From positions 1 through 64,000 of IMG/VR virus record IMGVR_UViG_3300045125_000168: a stretch of DNA of 64,000 bases. One strand, written 5' to 3'. Position numbers and translations under genes: made by a program. Under the pieces are notes generated by a model. That model did no database searches and was not told the origin of the DNA. It saw only the letters and a program-made list of their open reading frames with translations. Below are positions 35,700-46,857 of the stretch, piece by piece (within the stretch, counting starts at the first letter, position 1; each line of letters starts with the position of its first letter).

Positions 35700-38296
35700 G
35701 ACATAACTGTTTCTGGACTTTTCTTCCCATTCGCCCAAAGATGAGTATTGTGAGGCATCCGCTTTACATTTTTCGTAAGACCACGAGGTCCACGACGAAC
35801 TAGCTTTGCAATCCCATGTAAGCTCCTGTCGTATGGATTCATGCCATTCTTTACTGGCGAGGTAGCTTCCCCGTGACTTCTTGGCCCACTCTGAAAAAGA
35901 AGAATACTTTGACGCCTCTGCTATACAATTCTCATATTTGAGCCAATAATCGATATTTTTGCGAACGCTCCACCCTAACTCCTGCGCTATCTGCTTTTGC
36001 CATTTATACCCGACCGCAGTGGCATAACTCGGGCTTGCGTTTGTTCTCCATTCTTTTATGGATGAAAATTGTTCTGCTTGTCTCTTACAAGCTCGGTACA
36101 AAAAGCATGGCTCGTGGCATGGGTCCAATCTAGCTCTTGAGCAATCTGTCCTTGCCATTTATTTTTACAGGCAGAAAGATAATCTTGCTGTTGAGTTTTT
36201 TCCCACTCCTTTAGGGATGAAAATTTTGAAGCCTCAGCTTTGCAATTTTCATAGATTCTGCCAGTAACCCGCTTTTTGCGAACTCTTCCAATTAAGCTCT
36301 TGAGCTATTTTTCTTTGGAAATTTCTTTCTAGACGCAGCATTATAACTAGATCTCGAACTTTTTTCCCACTTCCTTCAGGGGAAGAAAATTTCGATACCT
36401 CGGTTTTGCAATTTTCATAGGTCCATGTGTGCTAGTGTCTTGAAAATCCCAATTGAGTTCTTGGGCTATTACTTCATGCCACTTAATTTTACGGGCTGTA
36501 AGATAGCTCGCAGGTGAAGCTCTGCCCCATTCATGCGAAAGATGAATATTTCGAAGCCTCAGCTTTGCAATTTTCGTATTTTTCCCAGTGACCAAGCTCC
36601 TTGCGAACTTTCCAGTTAAGCTCTTGAGCTATCTGTCTTTGCCATTTATGGCTTAAGGCGATTTTATAACTGGATCTTGGCGTTTTTTTCCCATTCTTTC
36701 AAAGATGAGAATTTAGATGCTTGCCTCTTACAAGCTCGGTACAAAAAAATGGAACTTGACTCATCGCTCATTGATTGACGATCCAGTCCATCTTAGCTTA
36801 AAGACCATCCTTTTGTGATGCAAACTCGAAAGAGTCTGGATAGATCGTATTCCAATCTTCCAGGTTACGACACTTGCGTACTCATGCATGATTTCTTTAA
36901 AAATCCATGTATCAATTTCCAGCCTAAATCCTTACACACATGGCCGCCAACCACTCTTTTTATCCGCAAGATTGTAGGATTCTTACAACGCCATTCCGCC
37001 AAGCGTGAGTATCTTGATGCTATCCGCTTACAATCTTCATAGGTTGGCCAGTTGCTTGACTTTCTAATTCGTTCCATGGCTTCGCTGAGAGTAATTAACT
37101 TCTGGTCCTTGAAACATGAGATGAACGACGAAAAGGATTCGATGTATTTTTTATCAAACGTAAAGTTGATATGCTCAAGAGGTTGATTGTCTGAACTAAA
37201 ATTCGGTTGAAATTCAGGGATTTTTAGTTTGGACTTTTGACCATCCCAGGCTTCATAGATTTCCGTGACTGAAAGGGGCCAGCACACCCGCCATGATGAC
37301 TTTGAACTCGTCTACATGGTCTACAGGTGTCGCTTGAGATATTCCTTCTCAACATGACTATCTTGTGGTCGCCTACAAAGCCTTCCCAGTATTTGATCTA
37401 TTCGTTCGATATTTCGCATGAACGTCAAGTCTAATACCTGATTCAAGTTAGGGTAGTCGAACCCGATCTGGGCACGATCTACCACGATCAGTACATCAAA
37501 CTCCCATTTGCAAACTGTTTCAATATTTTAAGGTCTTTATCAGATTCGGAATGAGATACTGCAACCTTATACCTCAGAACTTGTTTTAGGCTCTTAAACA
37601 GCCGTTCTGCTGCGTCAATATTATGTGTGATAATCAAAGATTTCTGTGTTGGTTTTATCAGCTTTTTGATGCCATCAATCAGCTTTTTGGAAGTCTTTTT
37701 CTTCCTTCAATTTGCCCATCGCAGAGTAGTCATTGACCAGATCTAATGTAAACATCGTAGGGATTAACTTTACCGAGATATCTGGGATCTTATTATTTTC
37801 AAACAGTTGTTGTCTGGAGCACAAACCTTCGAGCAAATAAAATTAAAATGCGTTGCTGTGAGTAAAAGTTGCTTTTTTGGGCCAATTTTATCGATAATTT
37901 TATTGACCATTTGCTCATTATAAAATTGATGAGCTTCGTCGATAATTATGATGTCAAATTTTTGCTTTCCCCTTGAGGAGATCGAGTTTCGGATAGATTG
38001 TTTGCGGAAGACTGACAACTACAGAAAAGTTTTCGCTGCCCTTCAAGTCCGTGGCTTTTTTGATGATACAAGAAATTCAATTTTAGCGGCTTTGAAGCCG
38101 AAAAGTTCTCCCGTATCTCTTTTCGACCATGTGTTAAAACCAGAATCCTTTTTTTCTGTTTAACCCAATCCTCAATCAAAGACCAGGATAGGACCGTCTT
38201 GCCGTACCCCGTACTACCACCTAGAAGCACAACATCGTGTTTGCGAAAGAGCTTTAAAATTTTCTTTTGATCCGCTTGGATATCTGTCAGCTTCAT
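35556..38296 (-). CDS. Superfamily II (DEAH, ResIII-like) helicase fused to a C-terminal array of ~48-aa repeats; many frameshifts
   Basis: GGSTGYGKT, IIIDEAH, LLTATH and VLIVVDRAQIGFDYPNL...QILGRL, followed by repeats W-x-YE-x-CK-x-EASKYSS-x-x-EW...SY-x-x-A...W...IAQEL-x-W (35556..37040). Confidence 0.8.
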
Positions 38297-38367
38297 CTAT
38301 CAACCTACCTGCACAACCTCAAAAACCCGATTCTTAAGAGTGCAAGAAGTGTGAAAGCGTAGGGCAC

Positions 38368-38404
38368 TGACACTATTGTCTTCTGGTCGTGCCAAATAGT
38401 GTCA
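38368..38404. promoter_or_regulatory. Inverted repeat TGACACTATT-N17-AATAGTGTCA overlapping a TTGACA on the minus strand upstream of the helicase
   Basis: Perfect 10-bp arms in an intergenic region. Confidence 0.5.
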
Positions 38405-38423
38405 AAAGATTTACACATGTCAG

Positions 38424-38750
38424 TTATTTCTCGACCAGTTGTTTTGCGAGTTGGTCGTAGGCACGATTGATTGCCGCAGCTTTCGTCTCGTCACCACCTC
38501 GATCTGGGTGATTGGCAAGCATGGCTTTGCGGCGGGCCGCTTTTAGCTCTTTAATAGTCTCTGGCATTTCGCTCAAGCCAAGGAGAGCTAAATTGCCGCC
38601 TGCGACGGGCTTAAGGACGTTTTCGGCTTGCCGTGCCCACTGATCGGGACTTCCCGCAGGCCCATCTTTGTAACGCTTATACCGATCAAAAACCCTTTGA
38701 GCGTTTTTTTTCTTCGTTCTTTTTCTTTTTCATCGTTGTTATTCATCATT
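38424..38750 (-). CDS. J-domain (DnaJ-like) protein; start approximate
   Basis: LLGLSEMPETIKELKAARRKAMLANHPDRGGDETKAAAINRAYDQL contains the HPD motif. Confidence 0.8.
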
Positions 38751-38829
38751 CAAATCCTTGGAGAAAGCAGAGGCAATCAAATGATGATCTGAAAAAATCC
38801 CTCTTGGAATTGCCAGCACACATAAAAAT

Positions 38830-39832
38830 CTAAAAATCCTCGTCTTTCAAATTATCGACTTCCTCTTGCTGCTTTCTGAAAGCGGCGAGACCTGACTCTT
38901 GTTGCTGGGTTATTATGATATCGTCTAAATCAATTTTTTTGTGTTTCATAAATGTCTCCTGGATTCCTAGCCCAGCTATCAGCAGGGCCAAAGTTTTTGA
39001 TACGATGCTGCAAAATATCCTGAGCAATTTTATTTTGCTCAACTTGAAAAATACTCGCGATGAGTGTCACACTAATCATCCCTGCGATTTCTTCCACATC
39101 GCTCCAGCGTGGCTCGTCATTATTTGCAATCCAAGCGATTGCATCACGGTAACTAGCGCGTTTCATCATGATCTCCGACAAAGAGTGCAAACACCATCTT
39201 TGTGTAAAGTCATTTGCGCACAATGCTTGCAAAATTTGAAATTCATGATCTCTCCGAACAAGAGGTGCAGATATCATCTTTATCCAATTTTCTTGATGCT
39301 TTGCTCAAGGGCAGGAACAACGGCTCGCAGATGCTTACAGTCCCGTTGTCTATCCCCACGCTTGAAAACCCATCCAGGGCAAGAGCACTCCCAATCACCG
39401 GAGCTTTTGATTGCGCGATGACATAGATCCTGTCGAATGTTTCCGACCTTATTTCCATCCGGTAGCGATGGGTTGCATTGTCAGGTAGAACTTCGAGACC
39501 AAGATTGCTTGCAATTTTTTTAGTGCTTTAGACATAAGTATCTCCTTGTTCCGACCACACTCAAACCACATGTTAAGTGTCTGTAATCACAATACTTTAT
39601 TTGGTTTTTTAGCTATCCTCACTACGGTGTAGCCATGTTCTTCGAGTATTTCTAAGAAAGCACACGCTTGCACATCATACTGATCTCCCGTCGTGAGAAT
39701 CAGTCGAGATGTCGCCTTGTCTACCCTGGATACCATCGTTTCTGCTGTGTAATTTCTAAAAATGGAGGCAACAATTTTACGGCGTATACGCCGAGCTTGG
39801 ATCAATTTTCTTTCTGTCTTTCTCATGTCCAC
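38830..39832 (-). CDS. Cluster of 3-4 small hypothetical phage genes
   Basis: ORFs 39587..39832, about 39243..39530, 38930..39277 and 38830..39042 with strong SDs (AGGAGG, AAGGAG). Confidence 0.5.
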
Positions 39833-39920
39833 TTCCTCCTCCTGTATTCTACTTTTCGGAAGTTTTTAAAAATAGTTTAGAAAGTACAGGTTAAATACCT
39901 GTAATCACTAGACTTTATTT
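39568..39920 (-). promoter_or_regulatory. Two copies of a 35-bp upstream motif (39568..39602 and 39886..39920)
   Basis: acatgttaagtgtctgtaatcacaatactttattt vs acaggttaaatacctgtaatcactagactttattt, 29/35 identical; each lies upstream of a minus-strand gene. Confidence 0.7.
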
Positions 39921-39943
39921 TTTAAGATGATTGAAAATGAGGC

Positions 39944-40021
39944 AACTACTCGAAATTTTCGAGTAGTTCACTTGTGAGGCGATTTTGATTCAGGTGAGTC
40001 ACTCGTGATTCAGGTGAGTCA
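39944..40021. repeat. Palindrome AACTACTCGAAA-T-TTTCGAGTAGTT (39944..39968) plus 2 x TGATTCAGGTGAGTCA (39986..40001, 40006..40021)
   Basis: Directly visible; each 16-mer is itself nearly palindromic. Confidence 0.8.
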
Positions 40022-40040
40022 GTCTTCCCAGCGGATACGC

Positions 40041-41557
40041 TTATCGTCTTCGTCTTTTTGAGCTTGACGACTTCGATGCGGAATTTTTCGGTGAGATAGG
40101 CTTGGTACCTTTTTTGTACATGCCCATGCAGATCCCAGTTTCATCGACAAAATCACGGATAATCCCAAATTTTTTGGGCTCTCCGTTCTCGTTGACGTAG
40201 GGAGTTCGCACCCGCGAATACTCTTGGTAAAAGTTTCCGCTCACCTGACCTTGTTCATTGAATATCACGTTGCCCGTGGGAAACGCGGAGTAATAGCAGT
40301 TCCATCGCGGGACATCGATACCAGTGAGCATCCGAGCGTTGCTCACGAGCACTTGAATTTTCCCGCTCCGTGCATCTTCCAAAACCTCTTCGCGGTTCGG
40401 CAAACCCCCATAAAAAGCAGCGGCTCGAATACCCTCTGCTTTGAGCCGCTCGACAAATTGCTGCAACTGAGCCACGGAGTAGGAGTGGAACGCGAAACAA
40501 ATGTAGTGTCCCGCAGCCACATCTTTTTCGAGATACTGCATGATGATTTTCATGCGCTCTTTGTTGGCATACAAACGCTTGTGCAGCCGTGGGAACGGCT
40601 CGTTAAAACCAAAGGCTACTTTAATGCCAGTGTGAACCACGGTGACCGAGCACGGCACTTGCCGCGATTTGCCCTCGGCAGTCACAGGGCCGATGATGTC
40701 TCGCAACAAAACTCTCTTGCCATCAACACGCTCAACCGTCCCTGTGAGGCCGAGACGATATTTAGCTGCGAGTTTATTCACCGTCGAGCTAAAGACAACG
40801 CCACCGAGCTTATGAGCTTCATCGCAGATCACAAGACCCCAAGCGTTGGCGTACTTTTCAATGCGCTCATCTCCGTGAGTCCTGCCTGTGCTCTTTTTAA
40901 GGGCTTTGGTGCCAAAGGTCTGCCAACACAAAAAGCAGACATCCAATTCCTCGGGATTATCGTAGTCCCCAAAAAAGCCGACGATCTCGCCCCGCGCATC
41001 TCTTTTCTTGGCAAAAGGCGAGCGGTGCTTTTCGCGCAATTCCTCGATATTGGTGAAGTTCAGGAAAGTATTATAGAACTGCTGCAAAAGGTCTTTTGGT
41101 GAGCAATGATGAGCGTCTTGAGCTTGAGTTGAGACAGGATATAGATGCTGGTCACCGTTTTTCCAAACCGTGGACTAGCTCGTATCACTCCGTTTTTGAC
41201 TTTGAGCCAAGCCGAGGCCGCTTCGAGTTGACCTTTTCCGTGCTCCTGCCAATTAAAAAGCCCACCTGTGAATCTCAGGTCACTCGTCATGGGTGGAGTC
41301 GCGGTCAAGTCCTGCCAAGGCAGATCCCCAAACAGCCGACCGACCTTAGCTATGTTGCCCCTAGCAAAGCCGAAGTAGAAGTCGTCGCCAAGTTTGACTT
41401 TATTAAAGGTGCGGATTTGCCGCACACCGGAAGCAAATTGATTGAAGTCTGCCTCGTCCTCGTCATTTTCCAGACTATAGACAAATTGCGATAAAGCCCG
41501 GTCGCTGACGTATTCAACGGGCACATACAATCGGTCTGAGAGGAGACAAGACTTCAC
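40041..41557 (-). CDS. Superfamily II helicase (UvsW/XPB-like), frameshift at about 41080
   Basis: ASPRFGKT, VICDEAH, LGLTGTVERVDG, LTGIDVP, QEYSRVRT. Confidence 0.9.
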
Positions 41558-41566
41558 ATAGGCCCC

Positions 41567-42013
41567 TTATTTGATGAGATGTAAAAGGTCAGGTGCATAT
41601 TTTTTAAGCATCTCACGAGCAAGCTGTTCCTCATCCCAACTAGCATCGACCGCTCTCAACTTTTTTGCCCACACCAAAAACTCTGATCCTGCTTTGTCGA
41701 GAATTTTATTTTTGCCCGTGACGATGGTGCAGGTATGCACGAAATCCTGGTACGCCTCTTGGAAAGCGCGGTTGCGGTCGAAGCGTGATTTTGTCTTCAC
41801 CTTCTTGGGATCGAACATCTCCGAGATTTTTTGAAGAGACGCCCTATCTCTGCATCCCAAGAGTGGTCATACGCCAAGACTTTTGCATATTGGTCGCACA
41901 CAAATTCATCAAAAGCACCGTTGAGCCGTGAGCGCATGAGATCAGCCCAACGGTCTCGATTGTAGGCCATTGCGAAAATGCGATATTGGCGTTTAATTTT
42001 TTTTAAAAAACAT
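41567..42013 (-). CDS. Leader-tagged hypothetical protein (MFFKKIKRQYRIFA-MAYNRDRW..., needs a -1 correction in an A8 run)
   Basis: GAGGA SD before ATG 42013; MAYNRDRW..LNGAFDEF resembles the 29474 and 63818 proteins. Confidence 0.5.
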
Positions 42014-42018
42014 TCCTC

Positions 42019-42614
42019 TTAATCCAATGACATCATACTAATAATAATTGTACGGCTTAAAAACTTAGCGTCTTTCTTGCCCCACAAAAGAGTTTCTCTT
42101 TTTTTAACTTCGTTCCAAGTTTTCGCCTCGAAAAGGGTTCCATGCTCATTTGTCAAATACACAAACAAACCTCTTTTTAATGCTTCTTCTGTGCGGCTCT
42201 TGGTCCATTTTTTCGCCTTCGGGAGTGTTTTCTTCACCAAGAACAACAATCCCATACCGAGGCAGCAATTCTTCAAACAAGCAGTAGACACCTAACGGCA
42301 AGCCATTGATGCGCAAACTTTGGCACTATCTCTTTTCCATATTTGTTCTAACAGGATACCCTTATGCAGAGGACGGAAATTAAGAAAAAATGATATTGGA
42401 GCTTCCGTATTGGCTTCCAAAAGACTATCGAGGTATCGTAAAGATTTAAGCTACCTTTGGCGTCCTGATAAAGGATCTCCGCTGTTTTAGATTTAAGCCA
42501 TTTTGCAGCTTCTCTGTTTTTTTCTGGGTGTACTAAATCATGCTCAAGCCGGTCTACCTGCCTTGGGGCAGAGGTGACTATGTATTTTGCTTTGATGCGC
42601 TGATTGGAATCCAT
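42019..42614 (-). CDS. Leader-like N-terminus hypothetical protein, frameshifted
   Basis: MDSNQRIKAKYIVTSA; ORFs 42348..42614 and 42019..42291. Confidence 0.45.
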
Positions 42615-42632
42615 TGTGCTTCCTCTAGGTAA

Positions 42633-42659
42633 GTATCGGCACTTAAACCAAAAACCTCA
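42633..42659 (-). promoter_or_regulatory. sigma28/FliA-like promoter
   Basis: TGAG-N15-GCCGATAC, 18 nt before ATG 42614. Confidence 0.55.
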
Positions 42660-42713
42660 AGGGTCCCCAAAATAGGCAAAACAGTAAATATTTGTTTTTA
42701 TTATACAAAGTAA

Positions 42714-42729
42714 TGTTTCACGTGAAACT
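42714..42729. other. parS: parS centromere-like site
   Basis: TGTTTCACGTGAAACT matches the chromosomal parS consensus TGTTTCACGTGAAACA at 15/16; perfect 14-bp palindromic core; intergenic. Confidence 0.75.
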
Positions 42730-42734
42730 ACTGA

Positions 42735-43115
42735 CTATTTTTTCTTGCTGCGCCTCTTTTTCAAAGCTCCCGAAATTTTGAGGCTCTCTGGGGCTACTGC
42801 CGGAGCTTTTGCTAAGAGCCACGCGAGGTCGGTGGCTTCGCAGCCTGCGTCTTGAGCAGCTTGCGCACACCCTGTCCCAAAGTGCGCCACATCAGCATAA
42901 GCATCGTAGAGGGTCTGTGCAGGTTTGCTGCTTGTGGTCTTGAGTGCATCGAGAGCCGGGTCTAGCACTTGCGTTTTGACCAGGGCCGTGAGGCTCTTCG
43001 CCGGATTTTCCTTGAGCAGACCTAGCTGCGCCTCGACTAAAAACTTTTCGAGCGCCTGGGCAAAGGCGCTCAAATTTTCAAGGCTGGTCGCTTTCTCAAC
43101 GGCTTCCTTAAACAT
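42735..43115 (-). CDS. Hypothetical protein
   Basis: 126-aa ORF, AGGAGAGG SD. Confidence 0.55.
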   Translation of the reverse strand: MFKEAVEKATSLENLSAFAQALEKFLVEAQLGLLKENPAKSLTALVKTQVLDPALDALKTTSSKPAQTLYDAYADVAHFGTGCAQAAQDAGCEATDLAWLLAKAPAVAPESLKISGALKKRRSKKK

Positions 43116-43124
43116 ACCTCTCCT

Positions 43125-44285
43125 TTATGAGCGCGAGCGGAAATCTGTGAGCAGCATGTCCAAACAATCAGCCCGCTCGTCGGTGGCTAAATGTTCTGCA
43201 TTGTCCGTGAGCCATTGCTCGATCAAAGGCTTATAGTAATCTTCGAGAGAAACGGTAGGCTCTTCAGTCGTCTGAACCTCCGAGGACACCGAACTCCCCT
43301 CGACCCCACGATCAAACTCCCAGTTGATAAGGGTTGAGGTGAAAAATTCGGGAAACTGAGTGTCCAGCACTTGATAGACCTCTGGTGCAATGGTCATTTG
43401 GCACATAATGCTTGCGGTAGAGGTCGGTGATGTGACCTAGCGGGACTTGTTCAGGAGATAGAATCCTACCAAGCTGAAAGTGCTGTTTGATGCGCGAGTC
43501 TTCGAGGGGCACTAGCTCGGGGAGTCTGTCCTGGACCCAACGGCCATCGCTACGACTTGCTTATAGACGTGCCGCAAAACGCCTTTAGGGAGCTTGTGCC
43601 CGTGGTCGAGAGTCGTGGGCGAACCGGAGTACCACACCCGTTGAGCATCGTCCAAGGCTTGGCACTTGTGAATGTCCCCCAGGAAGACACCCGCGATCTC
43701 AGGGGTCACGACGTTATTGATTTCAATATAGCCGTGGTCCTGGTCACGAGGGGGCGTCCAGCCCGTGTCGGTGACCATACGCGAGAGACACTCGTGAGCC
43801 ACGATAAACTCACACGGGATACTTTTTTAAAAGCTCTTTAAAAGACGCCTCGGAGTATCCCCCAAAGGGCACGAGCAGGAGACGCTCTTTTTGAAAGAAC
43901 AGCGGCTCACGCACACTGAGAAAAGGCGTCAACGGTTTGAACGCTGATAGGACCGAGGGGTGTTCGATATACGGCTGACGGTCATGGTTTCCGTCAATGA
44001 TGTAATAAGAAAAGTTCGCATACTTTTCTTTGAGGGTTAGAAGCGGAAAGAGAAAATGACTCATGAAGAGGACAAACTCTTCACGCAGCGTGTCTTCATT
44101 ACGATCAAAAATATCGCCTGCAACAATCAACCACACTTCACTCGCTTGATGCTCGCGCAGAGTATCTTCTGTGATGCGAAGGGATACCTTCGAGCATAGA
44201 TTGTTGCTGTTCGAGATAGTCACCGTATTTGCGGTTTTTTCCCGATGTGCAAGTCTGCCGTGTGAAGAATGATGCGTTGCGTCAT
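43125..44285 (-). CDS. sbcD: SbcD/Mre11 (gp47-like) metallophosphoesterase nuclease, frameshifted
   Basis: HTADLHIG, AGDIFD, DGNHD, VAHECL, LGDIHK, YSGSP. Confidence 0.88.
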
Positions 44286-45506
44286 GACCTTTTTTTCCGA
44301 TTTCTCTTAGGCTTCAAAAGAAAGCCGTTTTCTAAGATTTCTTTCTGTCGGGCTCGCTCTTTTTCCGCCTGGGCTCTATAGACACTGTAATGATCTGTTA
44401 GATTCCATGCGGGTCGATCAGCTTTTTTCTCGGAAAAAGTCTTCGAGAATCGACCTAACTCCATGAGAGAATGTGACTTGATGCATCATGCAAAACGAAT
44501 CGAAAATTTGCACGAGGGGATCACCTTCTTGACCGAGATAAAACGAATGCACTCCGCTTGGCTTTATCAAGCGGTCGGGATGAATATTTGCGTGGGGAAT
44601 TTTAGACATAACTTAATCAGCCAGTTTTTGCAGAAAATTCGTGGTTTTTTTTCTTTTTTCCCGCGTGTCGTGATCGAGACACTCAACCCCAGAGCACAGG
44701 GTCTTTAAGCTGAAGGTTTCGACCATCGCGAAGGGTGACGGAAACCCAGGTCTCTCCGGCGGTTAGATGCCGCACTTGGCTGACAACTTGTGTTTCATCT
44801 AGTGTTGTTCGGACGCGGTTGCGCGTCCATACCGTGATTTTCATTTCAACCACCGTTAAATCGTGTTTGGATACGCCTTTGCTACAAACATTTCTGCGCG
44901 TTTCAAGGTATCTCCTCCTTCTGGATAGGATTCCCCGAATAATATCTCAGGGGTGGTTCCATATTCAGCAATCTGCTCTTTAAGAAATTGCATGATTTGT
45001 TTTTTGATAGCCGCTTTTCTTTTTGTCTGGCCAAAAGATACCACGCAGCCCACTAAATGTTTCTCTCTATGTACGTCTTTATAGTTATTATCATGTAGCC
45101 CAAAGTTGGTTGAATTTGTGCTTTAAAAGCGAAAGAAGGGTAGCCCATGTTTTTCTTCAGCTTCGCAGTATGGACATGATCGACCAAGGGGTTTGGCGAC
45201 AAGCAAAGTAACGTATCTGCACATAGTCCGTTTGGGCATCTGCTTGCCAAACTTTATGGTACTGAATACGCCTCATCGGAGCGACAGCTTCCAAATGCAC
45301 AAAAAACTCCTCTGTGAGAGAGAAGTTATAAAACCACATTTTATAATTTTTGTCAATTTTGGATTAAGCTAAGTATATCGTCAGCTTAGGATTTTCGCTA
45401 GGTCTGAAAAGGACATCTGCCCTTCCCCAAAAGCTCGCAGAAGACTGGCGTTGCTTCGCAGGAAGAGTCAACTACCTACCCCTAAAGGGGTAGGCTTGTG
45501 GATTCA

Positions 45507-46749
45507 CTAGGTTTTAAACCCAGCGAAATACCAAGGCTGGAAGACGCAGCCCCTACAAGTTAGCTCTTTGACAAAAGCATCACCTATACTTTTTCTCAGA
45601 ATATTGATGGCTCCATTGATATCTGCGTTCACGAGCTTTCCGAGAGAGGACTGAAAAAGACCTCGTTTTACTCGTTTTCCCAGATATTTTTCTTGTCGAG
45701 AGATAGGCTCTAAGGCCAAAGAATCAGTTTTTGAGGTGTAGGATTCTTCGATAGTCTCGACGGTGAGGCCATGTTTCTCTGCTTTGTACTGCAAGAGAAA
45801 AAATTAACTTAGCGTGAGGAATTTGCACAAAATTCTGGTTGTTAATTCTTCCGAGATTGACTTCATTTTTCCAACCGATGTTTTTTCCGATAACGATCTT
45901 AGATATGTCGTTACTCAAGCAGTAAGAGATGATGTTACTTGAGACCTTATGCAGCGTGTCTTTAATTCTCCTCGACCTTTTCTTGGTGAGAGATATTTTC
46001 TGCTGCTTGAGCTTCATTTTTAAGGTTATGTTTTTCAAGGTCGATCTGGGATTGAAATTCAGCAGACTTTTTATTGTAGAACTGGTTTTGCGATTTGAGC
46101 TTTTTTCCTGAGAAAAGAAAGGCGTCACCGTCTGAAGACACGCAAGCTGCAAGGTTATTGGTGCCAAGGTCTATACCTAGAACCTTAGAAGTCTCGACCT
46201 TAGGTTGTTCCTCAACTTCATAGCAAAACTTGATTTTGAATTGCCCGTGAGACTGAGGTTTTAGAATTACGAGATCGATACTCTGGTCTTTAAGATACGA
46301 GGGAATCTGGAAATGGAGAAACTTCACCCCATACCTATTTCTCAAATATTTTGAAAGGCTGACTCTCACTTGACCATTTTCAACAGAGGAGACGGTCCAC
46401 CAAACTCTACCTCGAAAAGACCGTTTTTCTTATATTGCGGTGGTCTTATTTTCTCGTCAGGTTTTGCGACTTTTAGGTGTTTGAAAAAACTTTGGTAGTC
46501 TCTGTCTACGCGGTAAATAATAGCCTGGGAAACCCAAGAATTGAGCTTGTAGTATAGCTTAGGATTTTGATCTCTGACTTGGGAGTAGATTTTATACTTA
46601 TTGAGGTACTTGCCCTCTGTTTCTCGAAAAAACTGACGTTGATTGTACAGTGTGTAGTTATAGAGGCATTTGGAAATGTGTGAGGCTTCAGAAAGAATTT
46701 TCTTTTCCAAAGAGTTGAGGTTTAAGATTTCTTCATAGCTCAATATCAT
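45507..46749 (-). CDS. tnpB: TnpB RNA-guided endonuclease, 3 frameshifts
   Basis: N-terminal CLYNYTLY; RuvC-I GIDLGTNN; IVIGKNIGWK; EESYTSK; RuvC-III NADINGAINI. Confidence 0.9.
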
Positions 46750-46755
46750 TCTAAT

Positions 46756-46784
46756 ATTATAGGATATTTAGTGGTTTTTAGCAA
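46756..46784 (-). promoter_or_regulatory. sigma70 promoter for a probably leaderless tnpB mRNA
   Basis: TTGCTA-N17-TATAAT, then 6 nt to the ATG at 46749. Confidence 0.7.
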
Positions 46785-46857
46785 GTTTAAAAACGGGCTT
46801 ATATCCCTGCCCTAAAGGACAGGGTTTTACGCCCGAAGACGATAAATTATACATGAG

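Larger units (their letters stand above)
45467..46841 (-). mobile_element. Non-autonomous IS200/IS605-family element 1 (tnpB only)
   Basis: LE hairpin CCCTGTCCTTTAGGGCAGGG with guide AAAA and target TTAT just outside; RE hairpin CCTACCCCTTTAGGGGTAGG with guide CAAG, ending TGAC. Confidence 0.88.

Noticed and set aside
40224-41102. Long plus-strand ORFs (for example 40224..41102, 55743..56303, 5751..6185)
   Set aside because: They are antisense shadows of well-supported minus-strand genes, with no SD or recognisable motifs.
44463-45339. Endonuclease VII or primase Zn-finger (CLDHD, VDHVH, CPYC fragments)
   Set aside because: The motifs are scattered over different frames and the expected partner residues (RG-x-LC-x-x-CN) are absent, so the region cannot be assigned.
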